Assembly: GCA_045590155.1 (NCBI GenBank)
Contig: JAZNQL010000021.1
Location: forward strand, 5,982-69,981
Origin: Clostridia bacterium
GTDB lineage: Bacteria > Bacillota > Clostridia > UMGS1883 > UMGS1540
Length of the DNA stretch: 64,000 nucleotides
Direction: 5' to 3'
A program made the translations under genes and the position numbers. The notes beneath the pieces are model-generated. The model had not been told where the DNA came from and did no database searches. It worked only from the letters and a program-made list of their open reading frames with translations. Position 1 is the first letter of the stretch. Each line of letters begins with the position of its first letter. This document shows positions 29,981 to 37,945 of the stretch, one piece after another.

Positions 29981-30075
29981 CCTTCCTCCTTTTTTATCAC
30001 TGCAGCCCGCCCGCCTCTGCAAAAAACTATGTGATATTCTCCCCTTAATGCTTTGTGCATATCTTTACAGCTTGC

Positions 30076-30105
30076 ATTATAAGACAAGGGGTGTGTAACA
30101 TTCAA
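30076..30105 (-). promoter_or_regulatory. Putative sigma-A promoter driving the phage-like cluster (TTGAAT-18-TATAAT on the minus strand)
   Basis: The minus strand reads TTGAAT (30105-30100), an 18-nt spacer, then TATAAT (30081-30076). This is about 95 nt upstream of the first gene of the cluster. Confidence 0.4.
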
Positions 30106-30112
30106 TAACATC

Positions 30113-30141
30113 TTTACAAGAATTTAAAAATGTGATAAAAT
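30113..30141 (+). promoter_or_regulatory. Putative promoter for tcdA (TTTACA-17-TAAAAT)
   Basis: TTTACA at 30113-30118, 17-nt spacer, TAAAAT at 30136-30141. RBS AAGGAGAG before the ATG at 30163. Confidence 0.35.
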
Positions 30142-30162
30142 AAATAATTAAGGAGAGATTTT

Positions 30163-30843
30163 ATGGGAATATTTTCAAGACTGGAACTTTTAATTGGAAA
30201 AGAAGCTGTTTTAACCTTAAAAAACAAAAGAGTAGTATTGTTTGGCGTAGGCGGTGTAGGGGGCTATGTGTTTGAAGGCCTTGTGCGCAGCGGAGTAGGA
30301 CATATCACAATAGTTGACAACGATAAGTTTTCAAAAAGCAATATTAACCGACAAATAGGAGCATTGAACTCAAGCCTTGACAGACTTAAAGTGGATGTAT
30401 TGGAAGAACGTGCCAAAGACATAAATCCTTTGATAACAATAGAAAAGATAACAGAGTTTTATCCTTCCAAAACAGAAATTGATTTTTCCTTGTTTGATTA
30501 CGTTATAGATGCTGTTGATACTGTTTCCTCAAAGCTTATAATAATAGAAAAAGCAATTCAGGCAAATGTAAAAATTATAAGTTCTATGGGCACAGGGAAT
30601 AAAACAGACCCGTCAAAGGTAAAACTTACTGATATATATAAAACTTCAACTGATCCTCTTGCAAGAGTAATGAGATATGAACTTAAAAAAAGAGGTATAA
30701 AAAAATTAAAGGTAGTATATTCTGACGAAGTTCCTGTAAAAACAGAAAACAAAGAGATTGCGAGTAATATTTTTGTGCCTGCAACAGCAGGACTTTTGAT
30801 TGCTTCAGAAGCAGTAAAAGACTTGACAAAAGCTAATAAATAA
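30163..30843 (+). CDS. tcdA: tRNA threonylcarbamoyladenosine dehydratase (ThiF/MoeB E1-like family)
   Basis: 226 aa. Rossmann motif VVLFGVGGVGGYVFEGLVRSGVGHITIVDND. Short form lacking a rhodanese domain. Confidence 0.7.
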   Translation: MGIFSRLELLIGKEAVLTLKNKRVVLFGVGGVGGYVFEGLVRSGVGHITIVDNDKFSKSNINRQIGALNSSLDRLKVDVLEERAKDINPLITIEKITEFYPSKTEIDFSLFDYVIDAVDTVSSKLIIIEKAIQANVKIISSMGTGNKTDPSKVKLTDIYKTSTDPLARVMRYELKKRGIKKLKVVYSDEVPVKTENKEIASNIFVPATAGLLIASEAVKDLTKANK

Positions 30844-30889
30844 TGTAAAATTAAGATACATTGTTGTTTTTTAGTAAAAGGAAAAGATT

Positions 30890-31600
30890 ATGAAAAAATT
30901 TTTAACATTATTTTTAACCATTGTAATACTGTCGCTTTGCACATTGCCTGCTTTAGCAGATAACGATGTAAATGCAGTAGGAGCAATAAATGCAACAACT
31001 TTAAATGTAAGAAATGCCCCTGATATGAATGCAGAAATTATAGGTACGCTTTCATATAACAGTAAAATCAATATAATCACAAAAACGGGGGATTGGTATA
31101 AAATAAATTATAACGGCGTAGTAGGGTATATTTATTGTCTGTATGCAGCTGTAAGCCGTTTTGGCAATCCCGTTGTTTATGATGCAAGCGTTGACCGTTC
31201 TTTCCAAACGGCAGAAGGAGCCGCAAAAGGCGAACAGGTTTTGGCTTTAGCAAAAACCTTCCTTGGCGTACCTTATGTATGGGGAGGAACGTCCCCTTCT
31301 GGGTTTGATTGCAGCGGACTTGTATACTATGTGTATAAACAGTTTGGCGTTACCTTAAACCGTGTTGCAGCTGATATGACCGCAGCGGGAATTCCTGTTA
31401 CATATTCTGAACTCAAACCTGGCGACATAGTTTTCTTCCACAATACAAGTAGGTATACACGTATAAATCACGTTGGAATATATGCAGGAAACGGCACATT
31501 TATACACGCACCGCAAACGGGCGACGTAGTTAAATTCTCGCCTTTAAATACTGGCTATTATAGCACAACATTCGTAACAGCAAGAAGAATTTTTGAATAA
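30890..31600 (+). CDS. Secreted SH3b-domain NlpC/P60 (C40) peptidoglycan endopeptidase
   Basis: Signal peptide. SH3-like segment (…GDWYKINYNGVVGYIY…). NlpC/P60 catalytic Cys block (…VPYVWGGTSPSGFDCSGLVYYVY…) and His block (…HVGIYAGNGTFIHAP…). Confidence 0.85.
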   Translation: MKKFLTLFLTIVILSLCTLPALADNDVNAVGAINATTLNVRNAPDMNAEIIGTLSYNSKINIITKTGDWYKINYNGVVGYIYCLYAAVSRFGNPVVYDASVDRSFQTAEGAAKGEQVLALAKTFLGVPYVWGGTSPSGFDCSGLVYYVYKQFGVTLNRVAADMTAAGIPVTYSELKPGDIVFFHNTSRYTRINHVGIYAGNGTFIHAPQTGDVVKFSPLNTGYYSTTFVTARRIFE

Positions 31601-31680
31601 TTTAATAAAAAAAGCTTGAATTTATATCAAATTAGTTGTAAAATGTAAAAAGTTTAATTTATACTGAGGAGAAGAATGAT

Positions 31681-32868
31681 ATGGCAGAAATTAAAAAAAT
31701 CGGAATTATGACAGGCGGCGGCGATTGCAGCGGATTAAATGCAGTTATCCGTGCCGTAGTAAGCACAGCAATCAACAAATACGGAATTGAGTGCGTAGGT
31801 ATTCAAAACTGTTACCGTGGGTTATATCTCGGCGAAAGTCAGATGATACCGTTAACACTTGGTAGCGTAGAAGAAATTATCGGCGATGGCGGAACAATAC
31901 TTTATAACTCCAACAAAGATAATTTGTTCAAGTATCCCAAGAGAGACAAAAACGGTATAGTAAAAGGTCCTGACGGAAAACCCGTTTACGAAGACATGTC
32001 TGATGTAGCAGTTGAAAACATTAAAAAAGCAGGTATCGATGCACTTGTAATAATCGGTGGCGACGGTACATTAACTTCGGGACGTGACTATTCACGTAAA
32101 GGCGTAAGAGTTATGGGCGTTCCCAAAACAATAGATAACGACTTAAATTCAACCGACCAGACCTTTGGTTTTGACACAGCAATTATGAGAAATGTTGAAG
32201 CAATTGACTGCCTTAAAACAACAGGCCGCAGCCATCATAGAGTAATGGTGTTTGAAGCAATGGGTCGTGAATCGGGACACCTTGCCTTACACACAGGTAT
32301 TGCATCTGGTGCTGACGCTATAATCATTCCTGAAATTCCTTACGATATAGTAAAAATTAAAGATAGAGTTAAGAAAGCTCTTCAAAGCGATAAACATTAC
32401 GCAATGGTAGTAGTAGCTGAAGGCGCACCCTCCCCAAGCGGAGAAGCTGTAACAGCTATCACACAGGACTTTTCGCCCGATGGTGTAAAGCTTGGCGGTA
32501 TAGGCAGAGTTATTGCAAACACTCTTGAGGAACTCTTAAATTCAGAACGTGACGAAAACGGTTATGCTATAAACGATACAATTATCGACGTTGAATGCCG
32601 TAGCGTAGCACTTTCACATGTACAACGCGGTGGTGACACATCAGCAGCAGACCGTATCCTCTGCACACGTTACGGAAGTAAAGCAGTAGACCTTCTTATG
32701 GAAGGCTACAATAAGCACATGGTAGCTTTGCGTGACGGCGAAATGGTTCCCGTTCCTCTTGAAGTTGTAATTCCTACAAGCGATATGCATTCAAACTTCA
32801 AACCCGTAGACGTTAACGGAGAACTTGTTCAACTTGCAAAAACAATAGGAATTTGCATGGGCGACTAA
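31681..32868 (+). CDS. pfkA: 6-phosphofructokinase (PfkA family, long form)
   Basis: 395 aa. …IGIMTGGGDCSGLNAVIRAVV…, …IIGGDGTLTSG…, …MGRESGHLAL… motifs. ATP versus PPi specificity not resolved by eye. Confidence 0.85.
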   Translation: MAEIKKIGIMTGGGDCSGLNAVIRAVVSTAINKYGIECVGIQNCYRGLYLGESQMIPLTLGSVEEIIGDGGTILYNSNKDNLFKYPKRDKNGIVKGPDGKPVYEDMSDVAVENIKKAGIDALVIIGGDGTLTSGRDYSRKGVRVMGVPKTIDNDLNSTDQTFGFDTAIMRNVEAIDCLKTTGRSHHRVMVFEAMGRESGHLALHTGIASGADAIIIPEIPYDIVKIKDRVKKALQSDKHYAMVVVAEGAPSPSGEAVTAITQDFSPDGVKLGGIGRVIANTLEELLNSERDENGYAINDTIIDVECRSVALSHVQRGGDTSAADRILCTRYGSKAVDLLMEGYNKHMVALRDGEMVPVPLEVVIPTSDMHSNFKPVDVNGELVQLAKTIGICMGD

Positions 32869-32880
32869 TTAAATAAATTA

Positions 32881-32913
32881 AAAGGCGGTGTAAAAATTTA
32901 CACCGCCTTTTTT
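32881..32913. terminator. Bidirectional rho-independent terminator (pfk and convergent small-ORF operon)
   Basis: Stem GGCGGTGTA / TACACCGCC (9 bp, extended by AAA/TTT), loop AAAATT, then a T-run. The same stem sequence recurs at 39474-39496. Confidence 0.8.
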
Positions 32914-32937
32914 ACATCCCCTTTGTTTTTTACTCTT

Positions 32938-33216
32938 TTATAAACCCATAATAAAAATATATCCTAAAAGAAGGAGAAGAACAGTATCGGTATCTTCTTC
33001 TTGCATAAGCATAAAAATAACTGCAATTAAAATTAAATCGTCTTTAGAAAATTTGCTGAATATATTTCCTAAAAAAGATTTATTTGCTTTTTCTTTGGGA
33101 GGGGGCAAGCTTGCCTGAGAATTCTTCTCAATAACAGGCTCTGCCTGTCTTTCATTGCTTTGAGTCTGGCTATTTGTGTTATTTCCTTGTTGATTTCCGT
33201 AATATCTCATGTACAA
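32938..33216 (-). CDS. Small hypothetical membrane protein
   Basis: 92 aa. Gln/Asn/Ser-rich N-terminus and a single C-terminal TM helix (…LILIAVIFMLM…LLLLLGYIFIMGL). Confidence 0.35.
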   Translation of the reverse strand: MYMRYYGNQQGNNTNSQTQSNERQAEPVIEKNSQASLPPPKEKANKSFLGNIFSKFSKDDLILIAVIFMLMQEEDTDTVLLLLLGYIFIMGL

Positions 33217-33228
33217 AAGCTACCCCTC

Positions 33229-33600
33229 CTAAAAAATATTCAAATCACCTAAAACTGATGACATTTTCGATAGCTTTAAAATTTTTACAGCACCGTCAAC
33301 TTTGTCAGCGCGTTTTTTTGAAAGGTAGGGTTTTAATGCTGTTAAAAGATTAACCCGATTATCTTCTTCGGAAGAAATCTGTCTGTACATGTTTCCTATC
33401 TTAAAAAGCATTTCAGGGTTATCAAGAATTCCTGAAAGTGGATTTTCTCCACCATCTTTTTTTTTATCTTTTACGGCATCCTCGTTTTTGGTGCCGCTTC
33501 CCTGTAAAGATGAAAGCATTGACTCAATAGTATTCATTGCTTCTTGGTTATTCAAAATGTTCTTAAGAATATCTTCCGGAAAGTCTGGCACCGAAATCAC
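33229..33600 (-). CDS. Small hypothetical protein
   Basis: 123 aa, hydrophilic, co-oriented and nearly abutting its neighbours in a 3-gene mini-operon. Confidence 0.35.
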   Translation of the reverse strand: MISVPDFPEDILKNILNNQEAMNTIESMLSSLQGSGTKNEDAVKDKKKDGGENPLSGILDNPEMLFKIGNMYRQISSEEDNRVNLLTALKPYLSKKRADKVDGAVKILKLSKMSSVLGDLNIF

Positions 33601-33601
33601 C

Positions 33602-33859
33602 TCATTTATTTTTGAAAATATCTAACAGTTTATTTACCATGTCAGGATTGTTTTTTACATATTCAGAAACACCTTTCGCGTTTTGAATATTGGATATATC
33701 GGGAGAGTCTTTCATCTGTGATATAATCTTTTGCCCTGCTTCGGTAGAACTGAAAGCCTGGAATTTTTTAATAGCCTCTTCAAGCTGTTTAGGGTCCGCT
33801 CCCTTAAGCAAATCTTCGAAATTGTTTAACAAAATCAATTCCCCCTTTAAAATAAGCAA
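33602..33859 (-). CDS. Small hypothetical protein
   Basis: 85 aa, helical and hydrophilic, first gene of the mini-operon. Start uncertain. Confidence 0.3.
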   Translation of the reverse strand: MLILKGELILLNNFEDLLKGADPKQLEEAIKKFQAFSSTEAGQKIISQMKDSPDISNIQNAKGVSEYVKNNPDMVNKLLDIFKNK

Positions 33860-33915
33860 TCTCTATACTATAATATGCACTGATAAATAAAAATGTAACT
33901 ATTGACAAAAGAAAA

Positions 33916-33944
33916 AAAATATCATAATATTATGCAAGAGGTGA
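33916..33944 (+). promoter_or_regulatory. Putative promoter for the yfcE-like gene (TTGACA-17-TAATAT)
   Basis: TTGACA…AAAAAAATATCA…TAATAT directly before the ATG at 33949. Confidence 0.35.
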
Positions 33945-33948
33945 TATT

Positions 33949-34413
33949 ATGCGCATAGTGGTTTTCAGCGATACGCACGGCAGTATAAATAAATGCATCA
34001 GCGCAGTTAACACACTCGGACAGGTTGATATGATAATACATCTTGGCGATGTGTTAAAAGATGCAAAGAATCTAGAAGTATCTTTTCCTGAAATACCGTT
34101 TGAATATGTATCGGGTAATAACGATATATATTCATTTCAAACCGAAAAAATGATAGAAGTAAGCGGTAAAAAGATATTTATGACTCACGGTCATATATAC
34201 GGAGTCAAAAATTCTTTAAAAAACCTTGCCGAAAAAGCGAAACAAGAACAAGCTGATATATGTCTTTTCGGACATACCCATAAAAGTTTTGATGGATGCG
34301 AATATGGAGTACGGTTTTTAAATCCAGGATCGGCAAAAGGTTACGTTGGAGTCACTTGCGGGATAATAGAAATAGAAAATGAAAAAATAAGAACCATGAT
34401 TTGGGAAATTTAG
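33949..34413 (+). CDS. YfcE/MJ0936-family metallophosphoesterase
   Basis: 154 aa. MRIVVFSDTHGS…, …HLGDV…, …MTHGH…, …FGHTH… metal-binding blocks. Confidence 0.8.
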   Translation: MRIVVFSDTHGSINKCISAVNTLGQVDMIIHLGDVLKDAKNLEVSFPEIPFEYVSGNNDIYSFQTEKMIEVSGKKIFMTHGHIYGVKNSLKNLAEKAKQEQADICLFGHTHKSFDGCEYGVRFLNPGSAKGYVGVTCGIIEIENEKIRTMIWEI

Positions 34414-34422
34414 GAGGATTTT

Positions 34423-35205
34423 ATGTTACTTGCAATAGATGTAGGCAATACCAATATAGTTTTAGGTGTGTACGAAGGTGCAAAACCATGTGCACATTTT
34501 CGTCTTGCAACTTCTCACGAGCGTTCGCGCGATGAATACGGAGTAATGTTTATAAGCTTTTTGCAGTATAAGGGAATAGCGCTTGATAAAATAGAAGCAG
34601 TACTTATTTCCTCGGTTGTTCCTCAAGTTATGTACTCTCTTGAACGCGCAATAGAAAAATATATAGGAAAGAAGCCTTATGTTGTAGACAATACTACCGA
34701 TTTCGGACTAAAAAATCTTTACGATAATCCAAAAGAAGTAGGGGCGGACAGGCTTGTAAATGCTTATGCGGCATACAACCTCTACGGTGGGCCACTAATA
34801 GTAGTAGACTTCGGAACCGCAACAACATTTTGCGCGGTGTCCGAAAAAGGGGAATATCTTGGCGGTGTAATTTGCCCAGGCATAAAAATTGCAAACGAAG
34901 CATTGTTCCAGCGTACAGCAAAATTGCCCAGAGTTGAAATAACAAAACCTGCCTCTGTTATAGGGAAAAATACAGTTGAAAGCATACAGTCAGGAATTTT
35001 ATACGGTTATGTAGGGCAAGTAAATAATATAGTAGAAAAGATGCGCGAAGAAATGAATGAACCTGATGCAAAGGTTATAGCAACAGGCGGACTTGCAAAT
35101 CTTATTTCAGAAGAAACCGACATTTTTTATTGCATAAACGGATCCCTTACTCTTGACGGACTTATGTTTTATTATGAAGCGCAGAGAAATAAAATAAATT
35201 TCTGA
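34423..35205 (+). CDS. coaX: Type III pantothenate kinase
   Basis: 260 aa. MLLAIDVGNTNIVLGVY start, …GADRLVNA…, …IVVDFGTATT… motifs (ASKHA fold). Confidence 0.9.
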   Translation: MLLAIDVGNTNIVLGVYEGAKPCAHFRLATSHERSRDEYGVMFISFLQYKGIALDKIEAVLISSVVPQVMYSLERAIEKYIGKKPYVVDNTTDFGLKNLYDNPKEVGADRLVNAYAAYNLYGGPLIVVDFGTATTFCAVSEKGEYLGGVICPGIKIANEALFQRTAKLPRVEITKPASVIGKNTVESIQSGILYGYVGQVNNIVEKMREEMNEPDAKVIATGGLANLISEETDIFYCINGSLTLDGLMFYYEAQRNKINF

Positions 35206-35211
35206 AAATTC

Positions 35212-35240
35212 TTGACAATATATTTCAGAAATGTTATAAT
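35212..35240 (+). promoter_or_regulatory. Consensus sigma-A promoter (TTGACA-17-TATAAT) for the 35282 gene
   Basis: TTGACA at 35212-35217, 17-nt spacer, TATAAT at 35235-35240. Confidence 0.65.
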
Positions 35241-35281
35241 GTCTTATAAGGTACGTTTATGGTAGACAGGAGACGTATAAC

Positions 35282-35992
35282 ATGTTTTGGAAACGCTTTT
35301 TTAGAGTCATATGTGCAGTATTAGCAGTGATATTGGTTACAGGTGCTGCAGTGTATGTATGGCAAAAAGATAATATTGATGCCGTAATAAATTCCTTTTT
35401 ATATAGTGAAGAGGAATTGGTTGCAAAACAAAATGAATCAAAAGAGCAAGTAAAGCAGTTGGTTAAGGATTATGATATATCCGTTCAGCGAGACTTCACT
35501 CCTGAAGAGGAGGAGATGCTTGAAAAAGGAGAACTTACGCCGGAGGAAGCGGTAGAGCTTCTTTTTCAAAAAAAAGAAGAGCAAAGTCCTCCTAATACGT
35601 TAAATCCTAATCTGTCAGGTAATAAAAATCAAACTTCCGGCAAAAAGGCTAAAACAGAAAAAGATGTAATAGATAAGTATATGATTCAGTTTTACGCTTG
35701 TAAAGCCGACTTTCTTTCACGTCTTGGGGGGCTTGAAGCAACAGTACTGGCACATTTTAGAAGCCTGCCTGAAAGAACCGTAAAAACGAAGCAGGAAACG
35801 ATTTCGAAATTCATTTCCAGCTTTGCAGCATTAGAAAGTGAATGCGACGGAAAGATGAACGGAATTTTAGCATCATTTGAAAAGGAACTTAAAGAAGTTG
35901 GCGGAGATACTTCACTTGTTTCAAAAATCAAAAAAGCTTATGTTGCAGAAAAAAATGCAAAAAAAGCTACAATTATAAGCGAGTATGCATAA
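35282..35992 (+). CDS. Hypothetical N-terminally membrane-anchored protein
   Basis: 236 aa. One N-terminal TM helix (…VICAVLAVILVTGAAVYVW…), then a charged, Glu/Lys-rich helical region. No known motif. Confidence 0.4.
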   Translation: MFWKRFFRVICAVLAVILVTGAAVYVWQKDNIDAVINSFLYSEEELVAKQNESKEQVKQLVKDYDISVQRDFTPEEEEMLEKGELTPEEAVELLFQKKEEQSPPNTLNPNLSGNKNQTSGKKAKTEKDVIDKYMIQFYACKADFLSRLGGLEATVLAHFRSLPERTVKTKQETISKFISSFAALESECDGKMNGILASFEKELKEVGGDTSLVSKIKKAYVAEKNAKKATIISEYA

Positions 35993-36058
35993 TAAAGGTT
36001 AATAAATGCTAGTGGCATTTTATTATAAAAAATTTTCTGAATTAGGAGATGGTCGATA

Positions 36059-37795
36059 ATGAAAAAATTAGTATCATTATTAGTATTGGTAGTATTTTTG
36101 GTAAGCTGTATGTCGAGCATTGCTTTAGCAGAATCAGTAAATGCAAGTTACGACAATGCAAAAAAAGCAGTATCTGCAATTGTTTCTTCGCTTGAAGCAG
36201 TTACAGACCCTGTTTTACGTGCACAGGCATATTCACATTACCTTACATACTATATTGCAAGCGATGCACATATGGACGAACTTATTGCTCTTGTAAAGGC
36301 AGATGATATGTCATCGATAGATGTTATAGCAACATTAAATGCTGCAGGAATTGCAAAAAAAGATATGATTTTTCTTTTCCAGCTTGTAAAGAGTGTTCCC
36401 GAAGCTAGCAGAGCAGAAGCAGTAGAAGCTCATATTTCAAGAACACCTCAGACTCTTACCGCTGAAGAAATTGCATCTTTCGAAAGAGTTTTTGATGAAC
36501 TGGTATCAGCAGAATTCCAGGCGACAATTGAAGAAGATTACGGTCTTACAGCAGTAGATTTCTATCCCTTCTTCAAAACATTTGATGGCCTTTTCATAAT
36601 TAAAACAGAAGAGGGTCGTCTCGTTGTAGATACAATAAGCCCTGCTTTTGCAGAAGCGTTAGGCTCAATCATCGAAGAAGAAGATATTGACGAAATCAAC
36701 GGCATAGCAATCACACAACCCGAAGACCTTTTACAGGCTATCGTAAGTGAAATTGAAGAAAATGCAACAGAAGAACTTGTTGCAGACTTCAAGACAGTAT
36801 TAGAATCAGTTAATGCATATGCAGACATTACCTTTAATGATGCTATTTATGTATATGATGGCACAGAAAAGACAATTTTAGTTAATGCCACATTACCCGA
36901 AGGTGTAACAGTTACATATGAATCAAATAAAGCAACTGAACCTGGCAGATATACTGCAAAGGCAACATTTTCTGGTGGCGAATACGACAACAAAGAACTT
37001 ACAGCAACACTCATTATAGCACCTAAACCTGAAGATATATCCGTAAAATATAAAGTAACATTAACACTTAGTAAGGTTACAGACCTTCCTGAAGGATGGG
37101 AATGGAAAGATCCTTCACAGAAGGTAAAATTAGGCAAGGGAGTTTATACTGCAGTATTTACAGATGAACCCACTGGTCTTACAATAACCAAGGATGTAAA
37201 TGTAAATGCTAAAAAGCAGTCATCAAATGGTGGTGTAGTTATAACACCTCCTGCAGAGGAAGAAAAAGTAACATTCACTGATATTGATGGTCACTGGGCA
37301 GAAGCTAATATTATCACAGCAGCAGAAAAAGGCTACTTTAATGGTTATGAAGATGGTAGCTTCGCACCTAATAATGGCGTAACCCGTCAGGAAATGGCAG
37401 TTGTTCTTGTAAGAGTACTCGGTTTAACAGAAAAACTTGGTACAGCAAAACTTCAGAACATAAGCGATGAAGCAGCAATCGCTGGTTGGGCAGCTCCTTC
37501 TGTAGCATTGCTCCTTGAAATGGGTATCATCACAGGTTACGAAGATGGATCATTCAAACCCGAAGTTGTAATTACCCGTGAACAACTCTGTACAATACTT
37601 GCTCGCGCATTAACACAGAAACCTGCAACACTTAAGGATATGTCCTTTACAGATTACTCTGAATGGGCAAAAGATTATGTACAGACAATGTATACTCTCG
37701 GCGTAGTAGAAGGATTTGAAGATGGCACATTCAGAGGAACAAACTCTGTAACTCGTGCAGAAGCAGCAACAATGCTTTTAAGATACGCAAAATAA
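36059..37795 (+). CDS. S-layer / cell-wall protein with an MBG (YGX) domain and three C-terminal SLH domains
   Basis: Signal peptide. …VYDGTEKTILVNATLPEGVTVTYESNKATEPGRYTAKATF… (MBG domain). Three SLH repeats at the C-terminus (FTDIDGHWAE…, …ITREQLCTILARAL…, …VTRAEAATMLLRY…). Confidence 0.8.
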   Translation: MKKLVSLLVLVVFLVSCMSSIALAESVNASYDNAKKAVSAIVSSLEAVTDPVLRAQAYSHYLTYYIASDAHMDELIALVKADDMSSIDVIATLNAAGIAKKDMIFLFQLVKSVPEASRAEAVEAHISRTPQTLTAEEIASFERVFDELVSAEFQATIEEDYGLTAVDFYPFFKTFDGLFIIKTEEGRLVVDTISPAFAEALGSIIEEEDIDEINGIAITQPEDLLQAIVSEIEENATEELVADFKTVLESVNAYADITFNDAIYVYDGTEKTILVNATLPEGVTVTYESNKATEPGRYTAKATFSGGEYDNKELTATLIIAPKPEDISVKYKVTLTLSKVTDLPEGWEWKDPSQKVKLGKGVYTAVFTDEPTGLTITKDVNVNAKKQSSNGGVVITPPAEEEKVTFTDIDGHWAEANIITAAEKGYFNGYEDGSFAPNNGVTRQEMAVVLVRVLGLTEKLGTAKLQNISDEAAIAGWAAPSVALLLEMGIITGYEDGSFKPEVVITREQLCTILARALTQKPATLKDMSFTDYSEWAKDYVQTMYTLGVVEGFEDGTFRGTNSVTRAEAATMLLRYAK

Positions 37796-37808
37796 TTTAA
37801 ATTTTATA

Positions 37809-37844
37809 AAGCAGATAAACGGTTTCGTTTATCTGCTTTTTTTA
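37809..37844 (+). terminator. Rho-independent terminator
   Basis: 12-bp stem AGCAGATAAACG / CGTTTATCTGCT, loop GTTTC, followed by TTTTTTT. Confidence 0.8.
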
Positions 37845-37945
37845 TTTGTGGAGAGGAGTTTTTATTTTTAATATAGAATCGCTTGCTTTTTATTTAAAAA
37901 TAAAGTATAATGTAGTTGAATATTTAAATAAAAAAGGAGAAAAAA

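Larger units (their letters stand above)
18676..30022 (-). mobile_element. Compact phage-derived gene cluster (about 11.4 kb, 15 co-oriented genes) with no integrase, replication or tail-tube genes. It may be a defective prophage, a satellite or a domesticated phage module.
   Basis: The span between the greA terminator and the tcdA promoter holds contiguous minus-strand genes for a terS-like HTH protein, a tail-fibre-like protein, XhlA, holin, amidase, portal-like, scaffold-like, capsid-like and TerL proteins. No tyrosine or serine recombinase is recognisable and there is no flanking tRNA. Confidence 0.6.

Noticed and set aside
29981-30022. N-terminal extension (MQRRAGCSDKKGGR) of the HTH gene in the ORF track.
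   Set aside because: The extension translates the GC-rich leader palindrome. A strong RBS sits immediately before the downstream ATG (MKYYSTEAK), which was chosen as the start.
18676-30022. Calling the phage-derived block an intact inducible prophage with att sites.
   Set aside because: No integrase or recombinase, no flanking tRNA or direct repeats were found by eye, and replication and tail-tube genes are missing. It is reported instead as an atypical or defective element.
31681-32868. Assigning pfk as pyrophosphate-dependent because of the GGDCSGLNA motif.
   Set aside because: The GGDGT motif at the Gly104-equivalent favours ATP dependence. The specificity residues cannot be resolved reliably without an alignment, so the call is left generic.
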